Assembly (NCBI GenBank): GCA_038207085.1
Contig: JBBRAE010000010.1
Coordinates: 1-64,000 of the forward strand
Direction: 5' to 3'
Origin: Armatimonadota bacterium
GTDB lineage: Bacteria; Armatimonadota; UBA5829; DTLH01
DNA: 64,000 bases
Under the pieces are notes generated by a model. The model saw only the letters and a list, made by a program, of their open reading frames with translations, had not been told where the DNA came from and made no database searches. Position 1 is the stretch's first letter. The number at the start of each line of letters is the position of its first letter. Positions 10,301-19,199 of this stretch are shown in pieces. The translations under genes and the position numbers were made by a program.

Positions 10301-13300
10301 CCGAGCCGTTGGCGTAGGCTCCGGGGATCACGGCTTGGGTCGCGCTTCCTGCCGATGTCCAACCAACGATATTGGTCGCGCCGGGCGTCGTCCCGACGGC
10401 GTACTGGTAGTCGAATATGCCGGACTCGGGGTCAGCGTCGTTCCAAGTCGCATGCAGGGAAGTGCCGACCTGCGTGTAGAGACCGTCATCGACAACAAGC
10501 GGCGCGGGAGGCGGGGTTGTGTCGACCAACACTCCCGAACTCGTGCCGACTGTGCTCCACGAACCTGCTCGGTTCTTGGCTTTCACGGTAAAGAAGTAGG
10601 TCGCGCCTTGGAAAAGGGTTAGGCCTGTACGGGTGATTTCGTTCAAAGTGCCCGCGCTTGTCCAAGCAACGATATTTGTTCCGCCCGGCGTTGTGCCTAT
10701 CGCGTATTGGTAATCAGCGATGCCGGAGTGCGGGTCATCGGCTGTCCACGTGGCGTGGAGCGAGTTTGTGGAGTCGGTAAACGCGTCATCGGTGACCAGA
10801 GGCGCGGCTGGCGCGCTTCCGTCGACAATGATCCCGTCACTTGTCCCGATCAAGCTCGTAAGCCCTGCCCGGTTACGGGCCTTTACACTGAAATAGTAGG
10901 TCGTGCCGTCCGAAAGGGCGAGACTGGTGCGGGTAATGCTGGTCGCCGACCCCGTGCTCGTCCAATCGACAACCGACGCGTCCCCTGGCGCAACACCGAT
11001 TGCGTAGAGATACTCCCCAACGCCGGACTCGGGGTCAATGGCGTTCCAAGCCGCGTGAAGGGAGGTGTTTGCGGTCGTGTACTGCCCGTCGTCAGCGACC
11101 AAAGGCGCAGGCGGCGCTGTGGTGTCGACCATGACCCCGTCGCTCGTCCCAATGCTGCTCCATGCCCCGGCGCGGTTCCGGGCTCTCACTGCAAAATAGT
11201 AGCGGACTCCGTTTACAAGCGTGAGATCGGAGCGAGTGATCTCGTTCGCGCTTCCGGTGTTGGTCCATGCGACGACATCGCCTGCTCCCCGGGCAGTGCC
11301 GATCGCATACTGGTAGTCAAGGACGCCGGACTCGGGGTCGGATGCGGTCCAGGAGGCATGCAGAACTGGGCTCGATGTGTAGTCGCCGTCGTCGGTCACG
11401 GTCGGTTGAACCGGCGCTGTTGTGTCGACCAGGACGCCGACGCTCGTGCCAACGCCGCTCCAAAGCCCCGCAGCGTTCTTGGACTTGACCGAGAAATAGT
11501 AGACCGCGCCGTGTGCGAGCATGAGGCCCGAGCGGGTGATCTCCGTCACTGTGCCCGAGTTTGTCCAGTTGACGACGTTTGTCCCCCCCGGAGTCGTGCC
11601 GATGGCGTACTGATACTGGGCGATGCCCGTGTGTGGGTCGTCGCTTGACCAGGTGGCATGAAGCGCGGTGATGAGCGACGTAAAGCCGTCATCGCTTACA
11701 ACGGGCAGGCTCGGAGCTGAGGTATCGACGATAATCCCGTCGCTCGTCCCGGTATTGCTCCAAAGGCCCGCGCGATTCTTGGCTTTCACCGCAAAGTAGT
11801 AAGTCACACCGTCAACAAGCGCGAGACCTGTGCGGGTGACGAACGCGTCGTTCCCGGTTGAGGTCCAGGCGACGAGGTCCGAAGCGCCCGGAGCAGTGCC
11901 GAGGGCATACTGATACTCCCCGATGCCCGACTCGGTGTCGCTTGCCGTCCAAACAGCGTGAAGTGATGTGGCCGTGGTAGTGTATTGCCCGTCGTCTGTA
12001 ACGCTCGGGGACGAGGGGGCTGTGGTGTCGACCGTGATCCCGTCGCTTACGCCCAGGTTCCCCCAGGTTCCCGCGCCGTTTCTCGCCTTGACCGAGATGT
12101 AATACTTGACCCCACTTGATAGCGCGAGGCCGGTTCGGTTGACTTCGCTTGTGCCGCCGGTGTTGGTCCAGCCGACGATGGTAGACCCGCCGGGGGTCGT
12201 GCCGATCGCGTACTGGTACTCGGCCACGCCTGACTCTGGGTCGTAGGCGGTCCAAGCGGCATGCAGACGAGTGTTGTCGGCGGTGTATTGGCCGTCGTCG
12301 GTGACGCTTGGCGCGGACGGAGCGGTGAGGTCGACGGTGATGCCGTCGCTCGTCCCGACCACGCTCCAAAGCCCAGAGCCGCTCTTTGCCTTGATCGATA
12401 TATAGTAGGTGCTGCCATGAGTGAGCAAAAGCCCTGTTTTGGTGACTTCCGAGGCCGTGCCAACTGAGGTCCAGCCAGTGATATTGGTCGCGCCCGGCGC
12501 CGAGCCTATCGCGTACTGATATTCGACCACGCCGGAGTGCGGGTCGCTTGCGGTCCATGTGGCGTGAAGCGAGGACGCGGTTGCGGAAAAGTTGCCGTCA
12601 TCGGTTACAGTAGGCGCTGGGGGAGCGCTTGCGTCGACGGTGATACCGTCAGTTGACCCCACGCTGCTCCACATGTCCACCCGGTTTCTGGCCTTCACCG
12701 AGACATAGTAGGTGACCCCGTCCGAGAGCGACAGGCCGGTTTTGGTTATAGAAAGCCCGGCCCCGGCGCTGGTCCAGGGGACGACGTTTGCGCCGCCCAG
12801 CGTCGTGCCGATGGAGTACTGGTAATCGATCACACCGGACTCTGGGTCGGTCGCGCTCCACGTCGCGTGAATCGTTGTGTTGTTTGCGCTGAACTGGCCG
12901 TCATCGAACACAACCGGCGCAGTTGGGGAGGTGAGATCGACCTTGATACCGTCCGAGACGCCAGCCGCGCTCCAAACCCCGGCCATGTTCTTCGCTTTGA
13001 CCGAAAAATAGTAAGTAGAGCCGCTTACAAGAGCAAGCGCAGAGTTTGTGACCTGAGTGGCGACGCCTGTGCTCGTCCAGCCAAGGACATCGGTTGCGCC
13101 CGAGCTTGTCCCGATGCCGTACTGATATTCGCCGACTGCCGTGTGCGGGTCGGTTGCGCTCCAGGTGGCATGAAGCATGTTCGCCGAGGAGGAATACTGG
13201 CCGTCGTCAGTCACACTTGGAACCGTCGGCGCGCTTGTGTCGATTATGATGCCGTCGCTTGTCCCGGCTGCCCCCAAAATCCCCGCGCGGTTCCGGGTCC

Positions 13301-15263
13301 GCACCGAAACGTAGTAGGTCGCCCCGTCCACGAGACTGAGGCCCGAGCGCGTGACCTGGTTTGACGTGCCAGAGCTTGTCCAGTCGGCTGTGTTGGTCGC
13401 GCCGGGGGTCGTGCCGATCGCGTACTGATACTCCCCCACCCCGGACTCAGGGTCGGTCCCGGTCCAGGTCGCACGGAGACTTGTGTTTGTCGGGCTGTAG
13501 ACTCCGTCGTCGCTCACAACCGGCGCGGGCGGAGCGGTCCGGTCGACGGCGATTCCGTTGCTCGTCCCGACCGAACTCCAGAACCCCGCCCCGTCCCGCG
13601 CGCGAACGCTTATATAATAGGAAAGGTTTTGGGCAAGAGTGAGGTCATTTCGCGTCACAGAGGCCCCTGTGCCCGCGCTAGTCCAGCCGACTATGTTCGT
13701 GCCACCCGAGGTTGTCCCGATGCCGTATTGATACTCTACGATGCCGGATTCAGGGTCGGTCGCGCTCCAACTCGCCTGAAGGGTCGTCCCCGAGGATGTG
13801 AAATCGCCTTCATCAGTTACAATTGGCAGCGTCGGCGGGGTCGTGTCGAGCCTGATTCCGTCGCTTACGCCGACCACCGACCACTGGTGCGCGTCGTTTT
13901 GGGACTTGACCGCAATGTAGTAGGTCACGCCGTTCACAAGCGGGAGGCCGCTTCTCGTGACCGAACCCGCGGTGCCGACGCTGGTCCAGTCGACTACGTC
14001 AGTCGCGCCCGGGGTCGTCCCGATGCCATACCTGATGTCGATTATCCCGGTCTCGGGGTCGCTCGTGGTCCATGACGCGTGCAGCTGGGTTGGGTCGGTG
14101 GTGAATGCCCCATCGTCGGTCACAACCGGCGTGGTCGGCGGGGTCCTGTCGCGCGAGAACGCGTAGAGCTTCTTGTCGTAGGAGCCGACGTAGAGTGCGC
14201 CGTCGGGGCCGATCGCAGGCGAGCCGTAGATCTGGCCGCCGGTCGCATACTGCCAGATCAAGTCGCCCGCGGGCGAAAGTGCATAGATATTGTTGTCGAA
14301 CGAGCCGAAGTATATCGTCCCATCCGCGCCTATCGCGGGCGACGACTGCACCTTGTCCCCCACCCTGTAGCGCCACTTCAGTGTGCCGTTCGGGTTGAAG
14401 GCATACATATAGTTGTCGTCCGCGCCGACGTAGATCGTGCCGTCTGAGGCGACTGCAGGAGATGAACGGACGTTGAAGCCTATCCTGTAGCTCCAGCTAA
14501 GCGTGCCGTCGGGGTTGATCGCGATCAGACGGCCATCGGAGGTGCCTGCGTAAATTGTGCCGCCTGCGGCGACAGCGGGAGAGGAATCGATCCATCCTGA
14601 GGTATAATACCTCCACCTCAGCGTGCCGTCGGGCTTGATGGCATACAGGTACTGGTCTTCGCTTCCGATGTAGACGGTGCCATCTGAGCCTATCGCGGGG
14701 GATGAGGTGACGGGGTTGCCTGTCTGATACTCCCACTTCGGCGCGCTCGAAGGCAAGACCGCATGGACCTTGCCGTTCATAACGCCTGCGTACACCGTGC
14801 CGTCGGAGGCGATCGCGGGCGAGGAGCGTATCTGCTTGTAGAGCCCCTTCATCCATTTTATGGTGCCGTCGGGGTTGATAGCATAAAGGTAGAAGTTGTC
14901 CGCGCCGACGTAAATCGTGCCGTCGGAGGCGACCGCAGGCGAGGAACTGTTGGTCAACCCAAGCAGCCTCTGCCACTTCTGCGTGCCGTTGGGATTGAGC
15001 GCATATATCTTCTGGTCCTGGGAGACGAAGTACACCGTGCCATCCGGCCCGATTGCAGGGGAACTCGAAACCGCCGCCCCGGTGGTAAACGTCCAGTCAA
15101 GCGCCGCCTGAGACGGGCCGACGGAGGAAGCCTGCGCCGTGTTTCGCGCATCCCCCCTGAACTTCGGCCAGCCGCCACTCATCAGCTGACCCCACGACGC
15201 CGTGCACGCGCAAAGCAGCGCGGCAATCACGAAAACAACCCCTAAGCCTTTGCGGGTTTTCAC
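7314..15263 (-). CDS. Giant secreted protein: PQQ-like/BamB beta-propeller, 16 Fn3-like repeats, second propeller, 1 more repeat, shared C-terminal domain
   Basis: Signal peptide present. Repeats SSPAIxxDGTxYxGSxDxxLYA and ~102-aa DxTxPxxPxVxDDG...YQYAIGTTPG...YYFxVKAxNxAGxWS units. Likely GTG start at 15263 after GAGGAG. Confidence 0.9.
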   Translation of the reverse strand: MKTRKGLGVVFVIAALLCACTASWGQLMSGGWPKFRGDARNTAQASSVGPSQAALDWTFTTGAAVSSSPAIGPDGTVYFVSQDQKIYALNPNGTQKWQRLLGLTNSSSPAVASDGTIYVGADNFYLYAINPDGTIKWMKGLYKQIRSSPAIASDGTVYAGVMNGKVHAVLPSSAPKWEYQTGNPVTSSPAIGSDGTVYIGSEDQYLYAIKPDGTLRWRYYTSGWIDSSPAVAAGGTIYAGTSDGRLIAINPDGTLSWSYRIGFNVRSSPAVASDGTIYVGADDNYMYAFNPNGTLKWRYRVGDKVQSSPAIGADGTIYFGSFDNNIYALSPAGDLIWQYATGGQIYGSPAIGPDGALYVGSYDKKLYAFSRDRTPPTTPVVTDDGAFTTDPTQLHASWTTSDPETGIIDIRYGIGTTPGATDVVDWTSVGTAGSVTRSGLPLVNGVTYYIAVKSQNDAHQWSVVGVSDGIRLDTTPPTLPIVTDEGDFTSSGTTLQASWSATDPESGIVEYQYGIGTTSGGTNIVGWTSAGTGASVTRNDLTLAQNLSYYISVRARDGAGFWSSVGTSNGIAVDRTAPPAPVVSDDGVYSPTNTSLRATWTGTDPESGVGEYQYAIGTTPGATNTADWTSSGTSNQVTRSGLSLVDGATYYVSVRTRNRAGILGAAGTSDGIIIDTSAPTVPSVTDDGQYSSSANMLHATWSATDPHTAVGEYQYGIGTSSGATDVLGWTSTGVATQVTNSALALVSGSTYYFSVKAKNMAGVWSAAGVSDGIKVDLTSPTAPVVFDDGQFSANNTTIHATWSATDPESGVIDYQYSIGTTLGGANVVPWTSAGAGLSITKTGLSLSDGVTYYVSVKARNRVDMWSSVGSTDGITVDASAPPAPTVTDDGNFSATASSLHATWTASDPHSGVVEYQYAIGSAPGATNITGWTSVGTASEVTKTGLLLTHGSTYYISIKAKSGSGLWSVVGTSDGITVDLTAPSAPSVTDDGQYTADNTRLHAAWTAYDPESGVAEYQYAIGTTPGGSTIVGWTNTGGTSEVNRTGLALSSGVKYYISVKARNGAGTWGNLGVSDGITVDTTAPSSPSVTDDGQYTTTATSLHAVWTASDTESGIGEYQYALGTAPGASDLVAWTSTGNDAFVTRTGLALVDGVTYYFAVKAKNRAGLWSNTGTSDGIIVDTSAPSLPVVSDDGFTSLITALHATWSSDDPHTGIAQYQYAIGTTPGGTNVVNWTNSGTVTEITRSGLMLAHGAVYYFSVKSKNAAGLWSGVGTSVGVLVDTTAPVQPTVTDDGDYTSSPVLHASWTASDPESGVLDYQYAIGTARGAGDVVAWTNTGSANEITRSDLTLVNGVRYYFAVRARNRAGAWSSIGTSDGVMVDTTAPPAPLVADDGQYTTANTSLHAAWNAIDPESGVGEYLYAIGVAPGDASVVDWTSTGSATSITRTSLALSDGTTYYFSVKARNRAGLTSLIGTSDGIIVDGSAPAAPLVTDDAFTDSTNSLHATWTADDPHSGIADYQYAIGTTPGGTNIVAWTSAGTLNEITRTGLTLFQGATYFFTVKAKNRAGSWSTVGTSSGVLVDTTPPPAPLVVDDGLYTQVGTSLHATWNDADPESGIFDYQYAVGTTPGATNIVGWTSAGSATQAVIPGAYANGSAYYISVRARNRVGRFGAVGTTDGIIVDSTPPSTPVVIDDGALALVLDSLHATWSASDPHTGVTEYQYAIGSTPGASNVVAWTSVGTATEVTKNGLALSHGAIYFFSVKAKNAAGGWSSVGSSDGITTDGTPPLTPVVTVDARYTSNLSSLHASWSATDPESGVEEYQYAIGTTPGGAETVAWTSAGAATEVTRTGLALSEGITYYFAVKARNRALLWSAVGVSTPVTVDTSGPTVSAVNDDGDYTLSLDTLHASWAAFDAQSGIVEYQYCVGTTAGAADIATWSSAGSVAEITRGGLSLTDGGTYFFAVRAKNGAGLWGGVGVSDGITVAISAAWPKFRGGAQNQGVSRFFGSRVGALLWQFQTAGWVESSPALSGDGTVYIGSGDGSIYAISRTGSLLWKYTTGGSIDSSPAIARDGSIYVGSYDGYLYCLSGGTCRWKFKTADMIWSSPVIGSDDTVYFGSQDSYIYALHPDGTLKWKRSIGATVWSSPALADDGSLYFGGGDGYIYALNSVDGSIKWRFETGTAVDSSPAIGPDGTVFMGSGDGYFYALNPNGTLKWTFDTGGWAVDSSAAVAADGTVYVGCGHDWSYGMLYAINPNGTMKWAFDAHGEVRSSPAISSEGIIYVGSGDGNIYAINPDGTTRWSYNTGWAVLSSPAIGRDGRVVIGSYSSYVFTFKDTTIDDTTAPTRPTVVDEGVVTTSTTALTGAWTANDPESGVTEYKYAIGTWPGTDDVVGWTSVGTQTSVTRTDLALGAGVTYYFSVKAMNPARMWSAVGVSDGIQVSTGGSSVDISAAKHLPDQSGLTISGKIVTARFDGSFYVEEPDRSGGLKVLTEGMSSPAEGTRVSLAGAMTTDNGERALRLSTLAPAENVPVPASIGMSNASLGGSSQNSFAASVKGGTGLNNIGLLVTIWGRVTAAAPTNFQVDDGSGALDPTGLPGVKVTLTGLFPGTTMTPPSVGSYVRVTGISSIEPAAPDHRRLLRPRSQGDVVISQ

Positions 15264-15360
15264 TAGACTATTCTCCTCGACCCCACCGGTTTCAGATATC
15301 AGAATAGAGAACCGTCGGCTACCGAGCCTCACGCCGATAGCCGACGACTGATCACTCTAT

Positions 15361-18300
15361 TCAGTTGAATGTCACGATATCAGCTGGCTTTCTCGCAAGC
15401 AACTTGCGCGCATAGCCACCAGTTGCGGCCTCGCACGAGCTGATTCCAGTTACGCCAACGGTCTTGCCGACAGTCGGCAGCGTCACGCCAGCCGGACAGG
15501 CGACTTTGACGTCGCTTGAGGTGCTGCCATCCTGCATCATAAAGTAGCCACTTCCGGTCGAGATCACCTTGCCGCAAACCCGGACCAGCAGCCCCAGATT
15601 GTTCAGGCCACCCCCGTCGATCACTCCCGTGATGGCAGAGCTCATCGTTCCGCCGCCAAGCGACGAAAGAACCAGGCCAAACGGCGCAGGCACCGTTCCC
15701 GTATTCGGCGAAACGGTAACAACGGCGTTTGTGATCTGACGCTCGCCGCCTACCGTAGCGAGAATGCCGGTCACATTGACGATCGCAGTCTCACCGGCAG
15801 AAACGGCAGTCGGAACACAGATGCCGGCGGTGCGGTCGCCGTCTTCCACATAGAGGCGACCGCTCAGCTGGGTTGTCCCCGCTGTGACGACCTTGCCGCT
15901 GAGCGTAATGAGCCTACCGTTCGGCGAAGTGCGGGTCTCCGCAACCGAAACAAGCGGAAGAGCCAATTGGTCTCCCATCGTGCGCATATACAGCTTATTC
16001 ACCGGATACACCCACTTGCCGTAAAGCGCGAGCACCCAGTTTGTGCCCCCGGCGGCAAGCTTGGGCTTGATCTCGCCACTTCCGCCGCTTGAGACAAAGA
16101 ACCCGCCGGAGTCGGTCACAGACCCCGCAGCGCTTACCCGCGCGGCATATATTTGATAAGCGCCGTTGCGGGCGTCCTGCCAGGCGACGAAGTAGCGGTC
16201 GCCCGCCCATTTGATCGAAGGCGACGACTGGTCACTTCCCGCCACACTGCAGATCGCGATGTCGGACGCGTCCACCCGGGCGCCTGTCGTGGTCATTCTA
16301 ACGCCGTAGATGTCGGCTTTGGTCGTATCGTTTCGGTAGTCGGCCCAGGCAATCATGTATCTGGTACCGTCAAAAGCGACGCTCGGACTCATCTTCGCGC
16401 CTGTCGCAGTCGACACCTTTGCGCCGTTTACCGTTCCAACGACCGAACCCGTCGAGTTGAGTCTCGCGAAGTAGACATCGGCGGTCGTGCCGCGCATGTC
16501 CTGCCACACAACCAACCAGTTCGATCCATCAGAAGCAACCGACGGGTAGTATTGATCGTGCGTTTCGTTGCATACGCCCTCAACGGTCACGCCGAAGGCG
16601 GTGGTTGAAATTCTGGTCACCTCCCCGGTAGCCGCGTTGACGCGAGCGCCCATAATGTCGGTTTGGTTGGCCATGCTTGCCTGCTTGGTATCGGTCCAGA
16701 TGACCATAAAGCCCGTGCTGTTTCCGGCAATCGACGAAGCATACTGAGCCCAGTCGCCCACACCGATAATGAGCGGCGTCGAGTCTATCATCGAGAGGTC
16801 GGAGTTCATCCTGACACCCTTGATGTCAGAGTCGCTTGTTGTGCCCTCTGTCCAGGTGACGAGAAACATAGTCCCGTTCCAACAGATCGCAGGTTCTTTC
16901 TGCTCCGAGGTTGAGGAGGATATCAGCACGCCGCCGGGAGTGAGCACCTCACCAAAGGGAGTGACCCGCGCCGCATAGACCGCAGACTTGGCCGCGCGCC
17001 GATCCGTCCAGACCACGACAAAGTTGGTCCCGTCAAATGCGGCCTGATATGTGGGCTGGTCCGTGCCGCCGACCGAGACGATTCTTTCAGCCGAAACCGA
17101 CGCATCCGAGGTAACCATGCAGGAGTAGACATCAAGCACGGAACTCACCGAGACCGCCCAGAGCACGAGCGTTTTGCCGCCCAGGGACGCAGCGCAGGAG
17201 CCGCTCGCGCGGTCCGGAGCAGTAGTCGAAAGCGTGATGAAGGGGCTGTCCAGGACGAAGCCGTCGCGATCGACCCGGGTCCCGTAGAGCTTGGCGGGTA
17301 GGACCGCCCGATCGCGCCACGCGACCAGGTAGTTTGTCCCGTCCCAACCGACGCTTGGGGTTTCCTGGCTGCCACTTGCGACGTAAATCGGCAGGTTTTC
17401 CACATCATAAAGCTGTCCTGTGGCCGATACCCTCACACCATAGACATCGGTGGCCGTGTCAGTGTTTCGCGAGTCCTGCCATACGACCATGCACATACCT
17501 CCGGGGCCTGCGGCAACACGCGGACTGATCTGCGCTCCGGTCATCATGCTCGGGTTGTTCGGATCGATCGCTGGATCGGTAGATAACAGAAACGCAGGTT
17601 TGTATATTGCGCCGGAGCTTGTCACGATAACGCCGTACACATCGTAGTCGGCTTCCCCTGACTTCTGGAAGACTACCATATAGTAGCTGCCGTTCCAGAC
17701 GATAGCCGGGGACTCATCGTTTCCGGAGCTCGTCGAAATGCCGACCACACCCGAAGCCACACCGGCGGCGGACACTTTCGCACCGTAGATATCGAGGGTG
17801 ATACTGGTGTCTCGCTGCCAAACGACCTCCCAATCGGTCCCGTTCGAGGCCACCTCAGGACTGTATTGACGAAGTCCGGCCACGTTCGAGATCACAAGTC
17901 CGTTTGGATCGAGCACTGTCCCGGAGGTAGATACCCGAGCGCCATATATTTGATAGAACTGGTTACCGGCAACGCCTCCGCGGTTGTCCGCCCACACCAC
18001 CAGGAAGTTTGTGCCATTGAAGGCAACAGACGGGGCGAGCTGATCGTTGGTCGCCCCCGTTCCGCCCGTTACGGTCGATATCACAAACGACTCACCAATC
18101 GGGTTGCCGTTCGCGTCGATAAAGACGCCGCAGACGTCGACATCCGTAACGCTTCGCTTGTCCTGGTAGACAGCGAGATACCCGCCCGGCCATGCGGCTA
18201 CAGCGGGAGTGTCCTGGCTTCCAAGCTCAGGCGCGACAACCCCGGCAACCTGAGTCTCCGGGCCGATGTCGATCGCCGATACCGGGCCTGCAAGCGCAAT

Positions 18301-18375
18301 ATAGAGCCCCAACATGAGCCCAAGCGCCAAGCGCACATGCGATATTCCAATCCCAAACATCTTCATCTTCTTCAT
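15361..18375 (-). CDS. Secreted beta-propeller-like repeat protein with the shared C-terminal domain
   Basis: Signal peptide, about 12 repeats of PxVAxxGxxxLVVWxDxR...DIYGxRV, and a GLNNLGLLV C-terminal domain. The start may be 18375 or 18366. Confidence 0.85.
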   Translation of the reverse strand: MKKMKMFGIGISHVRLALGLMLGLYIALAGPVSAIDIGPETQVAGVVAPELGSQDTPAVAAWPGGYLAVYQDKRSVTDVDVCGVFIDANGNPIGESFVISTVTGGTGATNDQLAPSVAFNGTNFLVVWADNRGGVAGNQFYQIYGARVSTSGTVLDPNGLVISNVAGLRQYSPEVASNGTDWEVVWQRDTSITLDIYGAKVSAAGVASGVVGISTSSGNDESPAIVWNGSYYMVVFQKSGEADYDVYGVIVTSSGAIYKPAFLLSTDPAIDPNNPSMMTGAQISPRVAAGPGGMCMVVWQDSRNTDTATDVYGVRVSATGQLYDVENLPIYVASGSQETPSVGWDGTNYLVAWRDRAVLPAKLYGTRVDRDGFVLDSPFITLSTTAPDRASGSCAASLGGKTLVLWAVSVSSVLDVYSCMVTSDASVSAERIVSVGGTDQPTYQAAFDGTNFVVVWTDRRAAKSAVYAARVTPFGEVLTPGGVLISSSTSEQKEPAICWNGTMFLVTWTEGTTSDSDIKGVRMNSDLSMIDSTPLIIGVGDWAQYASSIAGNSTGFMVIWTDTKQASMANQTDIMGARVNAATGEVTRISTTAFGVTVEGVCNETHDQYYPSVASDGSNWLVVWQDMRGTTADVYFARLNSTGSVVGTVNGAKVSTATGAKMSPSVAFDGTRYMIAWADYRNDTTKADIYGVRMTTTGARVDASDIAICSVAGSDQSSPSIKWAGDRYFVAWQDARNGAYQIYAARVSAAGSVTDSGGFFVSSGGSGEIKPKLAAGGTNWVLALYGKWVYPVNKLYMRTMGDQLALPLVSVAETRTSPNGRLITLSGKVVTAGTTQLSGRLYVEDGDRTAGICVPTAVSAGETAIVNVTGILATVGGERQITNAVVTVSPNTGTVPAPFGLVLSSLGGGTMSSAITGVIDGGGLNNLGLLVRVCGKVISTGSGYFMMQDGSTSSDVKVACPAGVTLPTVGKTVGVTGISSCEAATGGYARKLLARKPADIVTFN

Positions 18376-18599
18376 CCTTTCAATCTTCTGTCCTTTGTCT
18401 TCCGGCGTCCGCCCACCCGGGCATCGGACGAGACTGATCTCATTACTGGCACGATTCTTGCACATCGTACATCTAGCGGCTAAGCTTGTTGTCTTTCCCA
18501 GACAATCAATGTCAAGCCCAAATCACAAACCAACAATATGGCCGGATCTACCGGCAGTGCCTTTCTTGAAAAGGCAAATCACAGGAGGCGTAGTTCACA

Positions 18600-19124
18600 A
18601 TGAAGTTCAAACCAGTCATCACACTTGCAGCGGCCGCCGTGCTTCTTAGCGCGGGAATCTCTTTTGCCGCAAACACATTCAACGTCACCGTAGATCAGGG
18701 AAGCATCGCCAACACCTGGGTCTACACCATCTGGAACGACGACTCTACCGGCCTGGTTCCAGTCGCGCTCGATCTTGAGTGGGATACAGACCCGGAGGAT
18801 TACGATACGTCCGGTCTCGATGCTCCGGAAAACTGGTCTGCCGACTCTGTTTATAGCTTCTTCTACCCTGCGTGGAGTTACGACACCACGAGCAACCAGC
18901 CGCTCACCTTCGGGGAACACCTCACCGGGTTCGTAGTCTCCGCAAGCGAAAAGCCTACAATCTGGACGGTCTATCTCGAAGACGCGGACGGCGTCGATAT
19001 GGGCGAGCAAGCCGGCATCATCTCAGACAACTCAGGAGTAACTCCCGAGCCCGGCAGCTTCGCTGCGCTCCTTGGCGGACTCGCCACCATCGGCGGAGCG
19101 TTCGCGAGAAAGCGCCGAGCCTAA
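18600..19124 (+). CDS. PEP-CTERM sorting domain protein
   Basis: Signal peptide, acidic core and C-terminal TPEPGSFAALLGGLATIGGAFARKRRA. AGGAGG RBS. Confidence 0.93.
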   Translation: MKFKPVITLAAAAVLLSAGISFAANTFNVTVDQGSIANTWVYTIWNDDSTGLVPVALDLEWDTDPEDYDTSGLDAPENWSADSVYSFFYPAWSYDTTSNQPLTFGEHLTGFVVSASEKPTIWTVYLEDADGVDMGEQAGIISDNSGVTPEPGSFAALLGGLATIGGAFARKRRA

Positions 19125-19149
19125 CTCCCATATTCACTTGTAAATGTTC

Positions 19150-19185
19150 AGGGCCTCCGGCGAACCCGCCGGGGGTCTTTTCTTT
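19150..19185 (+). terminator. Probable intrinsic terminator
   Basis: GGGCCTCCGGCG...CGCCGGGGGTC followed by a T-rich run. Confidence 0.6.
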
Positions 19186-19199
19186 GGGTTGATTCGGCG

